Shown here: positions 19,839 to 28,357 of the stretch, piece after piece
Numbering within the stretch: the stretch's first letter is position 1
Layout: each line of letters opens with the position of its first letter
Assembly: GCA_963817525.1 (NCBI GenBank)
Contig: CAWFOU010000007.1
Location: forward strand, 672,001-736,000
Reading direction: 5' to 3'
Origin: an uncultured archaeon
Lineage (GTDB): Archaea; Thermoproteota; Nitrososphaeria; Nitrososphaerales; Gagatemarchaeaceae
DNA: 64,000 nt
Notes under the pieces: generated by a model
Databases searched by the model: none
Told to the model about the DNA's origin: nothing
The model's input: only the letters and a program-made list of their open reading frames with translations
Position numbers and translations under genes: made by a program

Positions 19839-19858
19839 AATTAGTTGCATCCCTTCCG
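19839..19858 (+). repeat. Left att-like site of inner element, AATTAgttGCATCCCTTCCG
   Basis: Direct repeat with 30518-30537 (12-bp perfect core, 18/20 overall); upstream of integrase. Confidence 0.7.
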
Positions 19859-19915
19859 GCCCACTTAAACTCTTAAGAGAATCCCTTATTAGAAACCGAG
19901 TTCCCAAGGGAAAAC

Positions 19916-21205
19916 ATGCCCGCTGGGAGCAAGTACAACCACCTTCTCGAAGATCAGGACGTCCGCAGATGGTTTGAGAACCTCGAAGCGAAGTCGATCA
20001 TAACCGCCACGGTCTATCTTCGGACGATGGGACTCTACTGCGTGCTCGAAGGGACGACCCCAAAGAAGATACTCGCGGAAGCCAAGTCCAAGAGATTCCG
20101 CGACGAGTTCACGGACTTTATCCGGCGGATGGAGAAAGACGGGAAGGCTGGCTCCTACATAGAGCGGTTCAAGAAGGTCATCCTCTCCTGGACCTTCTAC
20201 AACAACCTCGACGTGAAGCTGAAAGTGAACATCAAGGGCACGTCAGAGACGCCAACAATCGCCAACGAAAGGATCCCGAGCAAGGACGAGCTTTCGAGGA
20301 TTCTCCGGATGGCCTCGCTTCGAGGAAGGGTCTCCGTTGCGATGATGGCGTTCAGCGGTCTGAGGCCGGAGAGTCTCGGCGACTACCTAGGAACGGACGG
20401 CATCAGACTCGCGGACTTCACGGAGGCGAAGATATCTGGCGCTAGGGTTGAATTCGAGAAGGTTCCGGCGATCCTGCTCGTCAGGAGAACCCTGAGCAAG
20501 GCAAGACATCCATACTTCTCGTTCGTGGGGACCGAGGCAATAACCTACATCCAGGAGTACATTCAGGAAAGGACCAAGTCCGGCGAGAAGCTGACCCCTG
20601 AGAGCCCTCTGCTGGCGTTCGACCCGAGAGGCGTAAGGAAGAACGCTTTCCTGAGAACCATCCTTGTGACTCGGGACATCAAGGAGGCGATAACGAAGGC
20701 AGGATTCACTTGGAGGCCCTACGTCCTGAGGGCCTACTGCGACACCAACATGATAGTGGCCGAGTCCAAGGGCCTGATTTCTCATCCATACCTCCAGTTC
20801 CTCATGGGGCACAAAGGGGACATTGAGGCCAGGTACTCCACCAACAAGGGCAGGCTCCCGCCTACGATGATCGAGGAGATGAGGGCAGTTTACAAGAAGT
20901 GCGAGCCCCTGCTCTCCACCAAGGCAGAGTCCGCCAGCGAGGAGCAGATCAAGAAGACACTGAGGGAGCAGTTTCTCGTTGTGGCGGGATTCAAGAAGGA
21001 AGAGGTCGAGAAGATGAACCTCGAAGAGATGACCGACGAGGAGCTCCAGAACGCCGTGAGACAGAGGCTGGTCGGCATGATGACCGGCAACGGTTCGAGG
21101 CAGAAGGTCATCCCGATTCAAGAGGTAAGGTCATTCATCGGGCAGGGATACGAGTACGTGGCGTCGCTCCCTGACGGCGGGGCGATAGTGAAGGTGCCGT
21201 TCTGA
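19916..21205 (+). CDS. Tyrosine site-specific integrase
   Basis: [34 protein letters not shown]. Confidence 0.92.
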   Translation: MPAGSKYNHLLEDQDVRRWFENLEAKSIITATVYLRTMGLYCVLEGTTPKKILAEAKSKRFRDEFTDFIRRMEKDGKAGSYIERFKKVILSWTFYNNLDVKLKVNIKGTSETPTIANERIPSKDELSRILRMASLRGRVSVAMMAFSGLRPESLGDYLGTDGIRLADFTEAKISGARVEFEKVPAILLVRRTLSKARHPYFSFVGTEAITYIQEYIQERTKSGEKLTPESPLLAFDPRGVRKNAFLRTILVTRDIKEAITKAGFTWRPYVLRAYCDTNMIVAESKGLISHPYLQFLMGHKGDIEARYSTNKGRLPPTMIEEMRAVYKKCEPLLSTKAESASEEQIKKTLREQFLVVAGFKKEEVEKMNLEEMTDEELQNAVRQRLVGMMTGNGSRQKVIPIQEVRSFIGQGYEYVASLPDGGAIVKVPF

Positions 21206-21216
21206 GGGCGAGAGGC

Positions 21217-21687
21217 ATGCAGAGGCACGACTTCTACGATGTTCTCGGTGTTGCGAGGACGGCATCGAGCGGAACAATCAAGGAAGCCTACCGGAGGCTG
21301 GCCATCAGGTATCACCCCGACAGGAACAAGTCTCCCGACGCGGAGGAGAAGTTCAAGGAGGTCTCTCAGGCCTATTTCGTCCTGTCAGACGCCGAGAAGA
21401 GAGCCCTTTACGATGCTCTAGGCCCTGACAAATACGACGACCCTAAGGAAGTCTTCCGCTACTACGTCGAGCGTGAGGCGACTGCGCGCGAACTGAAGCG
21501 GGAGTACGAGGAGTCCAGGTCAAGAGAGCAGACCGGCATCATAGAATCGATGGGAGTGATCCTCTTCGGCCTCCTCGTGATAGACTTCGTGATTCCTACG
21601 TGGGTCTTTGGCCCATGGTTCTATGTGTTCAACGCCTTCCTTCTCCTTGCCCTCGTCAGCGGAGTCTACAGCTGGTCCAGGGCTTGA
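21217..21687 (+). CDS. J-domain (DnaJ-like) protein with two C-terminal TM helices
   Basis: DFYDVLGV...[29 protein letters not shown]; hydrophobic C-terminus. Confidence 0.88.
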   Translation: MQRHDFYDVLGVARTASSGTIKEAYRRLAIRYHPDRNKSPDAEEKFKEVSQAYFVLSDAEKRALYDALGPDKYDDPKEVFRYYVEREATARELKREYEESRSREQTGIIESMGVILFGLLVIDFVIPTWVFGPWFYVFNAFLLLALVSGVYSWSRA

Positions 21688-21712
21688 TTCAACAAAAGGA
21701 GACTCGCTTGTG

Positions 21713-22243
21713 ATGGCCCTTGAATTTCTGAAGAGACGCTTCCGCGTGCAGAGGCTGGGAGACCTGACCCTGAACTGGATAAAGGTCCTCGCCTACCTGG
21801 AGAGCTCGAAGAGCGGAAGCAGGGAACCGTCTGCCGAGAAGCTGGCAGACGAGTTGGGCCTGGGGTCTGAGAACGTCATAACGGTCTACGCCTACCCCGC
21901 CCTTCGCAGGAAGGGATACGTCAGGCTGCTCGCCAGCAACCTGCCGGAGAGGGACGCCAACTCCTACGAGCTGACCCCGAAGGGCAGGAAGGCGCTCGGG
22001 TACTTCCTCAACACGTTCGGGTTCGCGGAGATGGGGACAATGGTAGTCGTGAGCCTGATTGTGGGGGCTGTGATTGGGCTGATGTCCCTCGCATACCTCC
22101 AGAACCCTCCCTTCTTCCCCCTTGCCCTGGGCTTGGTCATCTTCGCTGCCGTCATCGAAGCCTTCTTCTTCGCGTTCTCCGTGTGGGCGGCAAGGCAGAG
22201 GAGGAGAGAGGTGCTCCAAATCATGCTTCAAAAGCCCGAGTGA
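21713..22243 (+). CDS. Winged-helix protein with two C-terminal TM helices
   Basis: SAEKLADELGL...LRRKGYV...YELTPKGRK then two hydrophobic segments; AAGGAG upstream. Confidence 0.7.
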   Translation: MALEFLKRRFRVQRLGDLTLNWIKVLAYLESSKSGSREPSAEKLADELGLGSENVITVYAYPALRRKGYVRLLASNLPERDANSYELTPKGRKALGYFLNTFGFAEMGTMVVVSLIVGAVIGLMSLAYLQNPPFFPLALGLVIFAAVIEAFFFAFSVWAARQRRREVLQIMLQKPE

Positions 22244-22335
22244 CTTTGAGAGAATCGTAAGGAATAGCGGCGCAGAAACTGAGCTTCTCGGCTCACTCCC
22301 GGCGTCTATCATCTTACCACGCCATACTATGTGCC

Positions 22336-22512
22336 ATGCAGAATGTCGTGGACGTTCATCCGCTAAAGAGGACGGCAGCGAAGATCCTGCCTGACGACTC
22401 GATTCTGCGCAGGGTGCTGCTGTCGGAGCCCGATTCGTTGGAGGCGGGGGAATACGTCGCCAAGCTGGGCACATGGCTCGTGATTCTGAGGGAGGAGAGG
22501 ACGACGGATTGA
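22336..22512 (+). CDS. 58-aa helical protein (absent from ORF track), coupled to ATPase
   Basis: MQNVVDVHPLKRTAAKILPDDSILRRVLLSEPDSLEAGEYVAKLGTWLVILREERTTD; stop overlaps TTG start of ATPase (TTGA 22509-22512). Confidence 0.7.
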   Translation: MQNVVDVHPLKRTAAKILPDDSILRRVLLSEPDSLEAGEYVAKLGTWLVILREERTTD

Positions 22513-24413
22513 ACTTCTGGAAGTCCAAGCAAAGACGCGAGGACGAAGAGGAGGAAGCGGAGGCGTGGAGGCGGCAGCAGGAGTTCGAGGAGCAAGAGAT
22601 GAAGAGGGTGGAAGAGAGGGAGAAGCGTTGGAGGGAACTGCAGGAGAAGTACCACGTAGGCCGGGATGAGATAGAATACCAGTCGACGTCAGGCCTCGAC
22701 CATTGGAACCCCCGTCACCACGAGGAGCAGAAGCCGACTCCAGGGCACGTTGGGATAATCAGGATCGTCCAAAGGAACTCCGGCGAACAGTCCCAGTCCG
22801 AGCCTTACCGTAACGAGGAGTTCAGGTTCAAGTGGATAAACGAGGTCAAGAGGGTCGAGAGCAAGGAGAACGCGAACGTCTTCACGAGCGGGGCGTCGGG
22901 GGCCGGGAAGAGCAGCCTGGTCCGGCTCCTCCTCCGAGAATTCGAGGGACGACAGAAGGTCATCTTCTCGTTCAAGGTGAACGACACGCACCTCAGGATC
23001 GGCTATCCTGTCGCCGACGTAAGCGAGCTCGTCCCCAACCCGTTCGCGGATGTCGAGGCCTTCGTGAGCGCCTTTGCGATCGCGTTTCCGGTCAGCACCA
23101 TCGGGGTGACGGCCAGCCAGATCCCTTCTCTCGTCCAAGAACTTGCGTACGGGTGCACCTCCTGGAAGGGCTTCAACCGAAAAGTCGAGCGCAGGATAGG
23201 CGAGACCAAGGACAGAGTGCAACTCTCCGCGCTCTTCTTCATTCAGGGGCAGGCCAAATCCGTTCAGCTTGAAGAGAGTGGGAAGAGGCCCGATGCAATC
23301 AATCAGGCCATCCACACGGGCATGGACATCGTGCTCGACTTCTCTAGGTTATCGGACCCCGCGAAGGCGTTCTACGCCGAGCTGCTCCTCAGAGGGATAT
23401 GGAACGAGATGCAAGGGCAGACGACGGAAGCGAGGAAGAAGATTATCCTCTACGTGGACGAGGCCCACCGCCTCACCCGGGGCACCTTCGAGAAGTACCA
23501 CTCGGTCCTCGTCGAGATGGCGAGGGAGATAAGGGCGAGGGGAGCGCTCTGGACCTCGACCCAGAACTACACCGACATCGAGGACAGGATCAGGAACCAG
23601 TTCGCCACCCAGTTCGTCTTCAACACCTCGTCCAAGTCCGACCTCGAGGCGCTGAAGGCAATCGACCCGATGCTCTCCTGGGCCGTATCGGGGCTCTTGA
23701 AGCACCACTTCGTGGACGCGAAATCCAAGAGTGTTCACAAAGAGATCGAGATCCACACGTTCGTTCCGGAAAGCGAGAAGGATGTCCGACCCACCCCATT
23801 GGGCGAACTTCTAGCTGGAGTACTTCCACAGGAAGCCGGGACCGTAGACTACGACAATACGGTCAAGGAAGCGCTGGCCAAGGAAGGCGTCGTCTGGGTC
23901 TCTGCCCTTGCAAGCCAGTTCAGCAAGGACGGGAGAGTCGACAAGGACTCCGCGAAGCTGAAGGTCAGAGACGCCCTGGAGAAGCTGGTGGACGCTGATG
24001 ACCTTCAGAGGATGAGGTACGACGGAGCCGAAGCTGGCGGGACCATCGTCCTGTACTTCGCGAAAGGCGGGGATGAGAAGGTCAGCAACCTTCACAAGTA
24101 CATGGTGAGGCAGCTCGTCGATAGGCTGCGGGAGAATAACCAGGAGGTCCTCAACGTGGCAGACTCGGGGCAGAGTCTTCCCGATGTCGAGACGGAGAGC
24201 GCGTACTTCGAGATCGAGACAGGCTTGAAGACGAGGACGAGCGACCTTGAGGAGCGCATCTCGAGACTCAGTTCTACCAAGCCGTTCTTCGTCGTTGTTC
24301 CAAATTCCGACTTGGCGGGGAGCGACAGATACAGCTCTCTGAGAAGTCCCAGGGTTACGGTGACAACCCTTGCGCGGTTCCTGAAGGGACAGGCAGTGAC
24401 GCCCCAGCGGTGA
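22509..24413 (+). CDS. HerA/FtsK/VirB4-superfamily ATPase fused to C-terminal PD-(D/E)xK-like nuclease
   Basis: Walker A GASGAGKS, VLDFSRL, Walker B ILYVDEAHRL, STQ..DI...IRNQF; C-terminal LHK...LPDV....FEIETG...FFVVVPN. Confidence 0.8.
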   Translation: MNFWKSKQRREDEEEEAEAWRRQQEFEEQEMKRVEEREKRWRELQEKYHVGRDEIEYQSTSGLDHWNPRHHEEQKPTPGHVGIIRIVQRNSGEQSQSEPYRNEEFRFKWINEVKRVESKENANVFTSGASGAGKSSLVRLLLREFEGRQKVIFSFKVNDTHLRIGYPVADVSELVPNPFADVEAFVSAFAIAFPVSTIGVTASQIPSLVQELAYGCTSWKGFNRKVERRIGETKDRVQLSALFFIQGQAKSVQLEESGKRPDAINQAIHTGMDIVLDFSRLSDPAKAFYAELLLRGIWNEMQGQTTEARKKIILYVDEAHRLTRGTFEKYHSVLVEMAREIRARGALWTSTQNYTDIEDRIRNQFATQFVFNTSSKSDLEALKAIDPMLSWAVSGLLKHHFVDAKSKSVHKEIEIHTFVPESEKDVRPTPLGELLAGVLPQEAGTVDYDNTVKEALAKEGVVWVSALASQFSKDGRVDKDSAKLKVRDALEKLVDADDLQRMRYDGAEAGGTIVLYFAKGGDEKVSNLHKYMVRQLVDRLRENNQEVLNVADSGQSLPDVETESAYFEIETGLKTRTSDLEERISRLSSTKPFFVVVPNSDLAGSDRYSSLRSPRVTVTTLARFLKGQAVTPQR

Positions 24414-24434
24414 CGTGGGGGCCGCTTATTGCTC

Positions 24435-24637
24435 GCCCATAGCATGCAACACCCTTCAGGCTCGTCCTTCGCTCCGCGGCGAATTCACCCCCCGCGATGC
24501 CTTCGGCACCGCTCGCTGCGCTCGCTTCGCTTCCCCCCTCTTCGCCGCTCCGCTCGGACTTCGCCTTCACCCCGCTTCGAAGCGGGGCCGCTCATTGTCG
24601 CTTCGCTTGATTCGCGGGGGTGTTGCATGCTATGGGC
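24435..24637. other. Fold-back non-coding element with 20-bp perfect terminal inverted repeat and internal hairpins
   Basis: GCCCATAGCATGCAACACCC (24435-24454) / GGGTGTTGCATGCTATGGGC (24618-24637); 18-bp palindrome 24570-24587; repeated CGCTYCGCT. Confidence 0.75.
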
Positions 24638-24680
24638 TCGCGAGGAGGGAGAGGAAAGGGGGAAGAATTGGGCTATCCCG
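24629..24680 (+). repeat. G-rich ~52-bp motif, copy 1
   Basis: GCTATGGGCTCGCGaGGAGGGagaGGAAAGGGGGAAGaATtGGGCTATcCCG; matches 28077-28130. Confidence 0.85.
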
Positions 24681-24818
24681 GCGGAAAGAGACGGTTCTCG
24701 AGGCGTACCCCTTCTACGGGTACTACATGCGTCACCGGAGAGGAAAGTAATCAACCTGGTTCTAGTTTCGTAAAATATAAACATAAGAATCGTTCTTTGC
24801 GAATTCGGTATCATCCGC

Positions 24819-25094
24819 TTGTGGCATGGGATTAGGAGGAGGACGTGGAGAGACATTATCGCTTCGGTCCTTGAGTGCCTTGTCAAGGCGCCTTCGACCC
24901 AAAACAAGATAATGACCTCGACAAATCTGAACCGAGACACCGCAAGAGACTATCTTCAAGGGATGGTCTCCCTGAGGCTGGTCAGGACTCTCTCTGACTC
25001 CAAGGAGCACACGATCTACGCCATGACGGAGAAAGGGAGACGCTGGCTCAAACTGTACAAGAGCTTGCTGGCTGAGGAAGAATCGCAGGAATGA
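24819..25094 (+). CDS. Winged helix-turn-helix transcription regulator (HTH_45-like)
   Basis: RRRTWRDIIASVL...KIMTSTNLN...YL...YAMTEKGRRWL. Confidence 0.8.
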   Translation: MWHGIRRRTWRDIIASVLECLVKAPSTQNKIMTSTNLNRDTARDYLQGMVSLRLVRTLSDSKEHTIYAMTEKGRRWLKLYKSLLAEEESQE

Positions 25095-25181
25095 AGCAAG
25101 GACCTCCATCCGAATATCTTCGAAAGCCATTACTGGCGTACGATCACAGCGAAATTTTCTGAGACCATAATCTGTAAAGCG

Positions 25182-25208
25182 GGATTTGTAATCCCGGATT
25201 ACAAATCC
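25182..25208. promoter_or_regulatory. 27-bp perfect palindrome (candidate operator)
   Basis: GGATTTGTAATCC-C-GGATTACAAATCC, just upstream of TATA-like TTTATTA of gene 25273. Confidence 0.6.
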
Positions 25209-25272
25209 GGGATGTTAGATTCTGCATGATTTATTACCCTCGGATTAGTGACATTAGCCGAGGAATCAGAAC

Positions 25273-26091
25273 TTGACCTCAAGAAAGGGCGCACTTGGCG
25301 TAGTGAGGCTTGTGTTCTTCGCGCTGCTTACGCTTCTGTTGCTCAATTCGGTCGGGATGTTGAACCGGTTACCAATGGCCTACGCCCAAACTTACACGTG
25401 CTCCGACCAGTACACAAGCCATAACACTGCTGCTCCTAACGGTGGTGTTGGGTACTACTACGAATGGGCCAGTAGCAGCAACAGTAACGAATACGGCGTC
25501 TATGGCGAGCTAAAGGCCACGTCATGGAATTATGATGGCGATACGTCCGGGCATGAAGTGCTTTGGGTAAACATGGCTCTCTCCGGGGGTTACTGGGCAC
25601 AGTCAGGGGTCGTCGCCGGCGTTTTGCCAGGAAACTCATATTCATCAACTCGGTATCCATATGTGGAGTGGAATGCACCGGGACAGTACTACGCATACAT
25701 TTTCACTAGTTATCCGATTTCTGGCACGGACACGATTTATGCAGAGGACTACGTAGAAAGCTATAGCGGCGGCAACTACTACTACGAAGTGTATGTATAT
25801 AGCACCAGTTACGCAACAGCATGGTATACGACAAAGAGTTTCGGGAGCACATATTATCTAGGTGACCCGACAACAGCAGGAGAGACCTATTACACTCAGA
25901 CTAGTGAGAACTGCGACCTATACGTCAATTACTCCTCGTCGCTTGCCTACTCCTCAAGTGTCAGTTCTAGCCCGTCTTGGACATCCTGGTCAAGTTCTAG
26001 CATCACCTATACCGATACAAATTACACCTATTTCCAGAATAGCGCAACATCGTGGAACTTCTGTTCAGATAACTATGTCAGTTATTGCTAG
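25273..26091 (+). CDS. Secreted Tyr/Ser-rich protein, glutamic-peptidase-like (G1/neprosin-type fold)
   Basis: Signal peptide; YGVYGEL, LWVNM...YWAQSG, YVEW, AGET motifs echo the catalytic Gln/Glu layout. Confidence 0.5.
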   Translation: MTSRKGALGVVRLVFFALLTLLLLNSVGMLNRLPMAYAQTYTCSDQYTSHNTAAPNGGVGYYYEWASSSNSNEYGVYGELKATSWNYDGDTSGHEVLWVNMALSGGYWAQSGVVAGVLPGNSYSSTRYPYVEWNAPGQYYAYIFTSYPISGTDTIYAEDYVESYSGGNYYYEVYVYSTSYATAWYTTKSFGSTYYLGDPTTAGETYYTQTSENCDLYVNYSSSLAYSSSVSSSPSWTSWSSSSITYTDTNYTYFQNSATSWNFCSDNYVSYC

Positions 26092-26104
26092 ATTGAAATG
26101 GAGA

Positions 26105-26848
26105 ATGTTCGAGAGATTGAAAAGCAGAATCGTAATCGCCCTAATCATAACGGCCTTGGCGCTGGGGTCTGGCGTTCTTGTCTCGACCTTTTCGGTTGAC
26201 AGCGCCATCAGCCAAAATGGCATTCCAAGTGCTACTTCAAATGTGAACCCCACTCCCTCGAGTGGTGCGATGCCGATGAAACTGGTCTTGCATACGCCAC
26301 AGTATGTGGAAGGCATCATTCATCAATCATTGATTTTACCGGATGTGACCGTTCTCGGTCCCTCGTACAGGATTCTGGGGGCCATGGTCGAAGGCCCAGT
26401 GAACTTGACTGCGACCAATCAATCACCATGGGAAGTACTCATCTACCTCTCGAACCAGCCTACTTCTTCCTTCGTGAATGGAACCACGACTGACCTTGAC
26501 GTCTTGAAAAGCGGAGGAGTCGTGATCGCCGAAGATGGAGTTCCGACTGGAATGGCGCTGAATAGTACTGCCGCTGCCCAAGCCGATCTGGCACCTCAAG
26601 TGCTTTGCACCGGCAAGGGGATGAATCCGACGCCTGCTGATTCGAGCTGCACGACTCAATCCTACACGGGGAATGGCTATATCGTGACCCAGAATGGGCT
26701 CGCAATTGTTGTGAACCCGGGGGGGCCGGGACTAGTGTGGGTTGACAATAGAAACCGCATGGGAGTGAGTATCGACGGCGATACACAAACCGTTCAACAA
26801 TTGCTGGACCTTGCGAGCACATTGACTGAACCTACGACGACACAGTGA
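26105..26848 (+). CDS. Membrane-anchored extracellular hypothetical protein
   Basis: TM helix after MFERLKSR; C-terminal LVWVD...VSIDG...QQLLDLA. Confidence 0.65.
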   Translation: MFERLKSRIVIALIITALALGSGVLVSTFSVDSAISQNGIPSATSNVNPTPSSGAMPMKLVLHTPQYVEGIIHQSLILPDVTVLGPSYRILGAMVEGPVNLTATNQSPWEVLIYLSNQPTSSFVNGTTTDLDVLKSGGVVIAEDGVPTGMALNSTAAAQADLAPQVLCTGKGMNPTPADSSCTTQSYTGNGYIVTQNGLAIVVNPGGPGLVWVDNRNRMGVSIDGDTQTVQQLLDLASTLTEPTTTQ

Positions 26849-26920
26849 TATGAAACCGGTTTCAGTGTTGTACAACCAGGTCTATTAAGGTCGGAGCATC
26901 ATATTCAGTGAAGGCGCAAG

Positions 26921-27436
26921 ATGAATTCGCCACCAGTCCGTAACAAGCGGCTCTACGCAACCATCGTGGCAGCGATAGTCATCGCCGCGGTTGTAGCCTC
27001 TGCTACCATCATTGCCTCATCTGCACTCTATACCACGGTCACAAAAACTACGACCACCACTGTTTTCCTAGCGTCATCTTCCAGCGCCTGCGGACAACTC
27101 GCATCAACTCCGTTGTTCTTACTCATAGCGAACAGTTCGACAGGAAGGCGGATTAGTGGAGTACCAGTCGAAGTCGAGAAGACCACACCCACCGACTTGT
27201 GCAACCCAATCTCGACAACAACAGTCAACCTTGGCACCATGGAGACGAACGTGAATGGGTCGATTGAGCTCTGCTGCAGTGGTTCAACGTTCTTCTTCAC
27301 ATTCACATATATGGGTGCCCATTACCAATTCAACTCGACAGCAGAAGGGGCAGAGATTGCTCAATGCGTCTGGTTCAGCATACCATCGGCTACATCAACT
27401 ACTGAGTTTGCAGCTCCATTCGACCCTCAATGCTAA
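26921..27436 (+). CDS. Membrane-anchored Thr/Cys-rich hypothetical protein
   Basis: TM helix, Thr linker, prealbumin-like ISGVPVEV...TNVNG. Confidence 0.65.
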   Translation: MNSPPVRNKRLYATIVAAIVIAAVVASATIIASSALYTTVTKTTTTTVFLASSSSACGQLASTPLFLLIANSSTGRRISGVPVEVEKTTPTDLCNPISTTTVNLGTMETNVNGSIELCCSGSTFFFTFTYMGAHYQFNSTAEGAEIAQCVWFSIPSATSTTEFAAPFDPQC

Positions 27437-28076
27437 GTGCCCCGATACAGACTGCAAAACGGCAAGGATAACGGCATTCAATCCACTCGATGCGTAAGAA
27501 GAGGACGGAGGACGCAGTGAGCTTTCCCCCGGGAGGTGCACCCACATGGGAGACGCCCTTCCGCTGCCGTCGGTTCTTCCCTCGTGGGTGCCTCGGCCAT
27601 ACCAAGCGAGGCAGGGCCTCCTCTTAACGCGGCCGAGAGCCGAAAGCGGGTGGAAGCGGGCCCGACGGTCCTCCTACCAGAACGAGTCCACGCCCGTGTT
27701 GATTCTTCGGTCATTTCCGTTAGGCTTGGACATGCTCAGATGAGACTGGCTTTGAGCATATAATTGTGCCAACGAGGTCTCTCGGGACGGGAACCCTTAG
27801 CACCCCATCTCAATCGGATTTTGCTAGGGTGTGAAGGAGAGAATTATTGCCCACGTCTCAAATAATTGCTTGCAGCCCTTCCGAGTTGAACCGAGCTGTT
27901 CTCACTTGGTCTAGAGTCAGGGGATTGTTTCCTCTGGTCCAAGCCGACATCTCCAAATCCAATGGTCCACAATGTGAATTTGAACTCAATTGCGTTTAAG
28001 AACCGGCGACCGCACTTAACTCTTCGCGTCCAAGACACCGACGGTGTCAAAGCGGGAAGTCGAATCTGCGACATAC

Positions 28077-28130
28077 GCTATGGGCTCGCGTGGAGGGGGG
28101 AGGGAAAGGGGGAAGTATCGGGCTATTCCG
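28077..28130 (+). repeat. G-rich ~54-bp motif, copy 2
   Basis: GCTATGGGCTCGCGtGGAGGGgggagGGAAAGGGGGAAGtATcGGGCTATtCCG. Confidence 0.85.
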
Positions 28131-28357
28131 AAAGAAACAAACCCGAAAAGGGATACACCCGTTGAAGGGGTATCTTTCCGCCTATGGTTTCGGTTGATCT
28201 TCTACAGAAGCGCGTTGCCGAGCTGAGCAATCTGGTCGCAGTCATTCACTGAAGCCCTGAAGAACGACGACTGCTTAGTAACATTCCCATGACTACAGCG
28301 GTGTATTTTAACCAAAGCGGTAACCTTTAATAGAAGAATCTTCTGCAAACGATTTTC

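Noticed and set aside
24435-24637. Retron msr-msd or DGR interpretation of the fold-back
   Set aside because: No reverse transcriptase in the window and no adenine-specific TR/VR pair
24355-24940. ORFs overlapping the fold-back region
   Set aside because: Low-complexity Arg/Ser/Pro translations of structured DNA; the repeat copies differ by a frame-breaking indel
27478-28074. Short ORFs in the inter-cassette spacer
   Set aside because: No coherent protein features; probably decayed DNA
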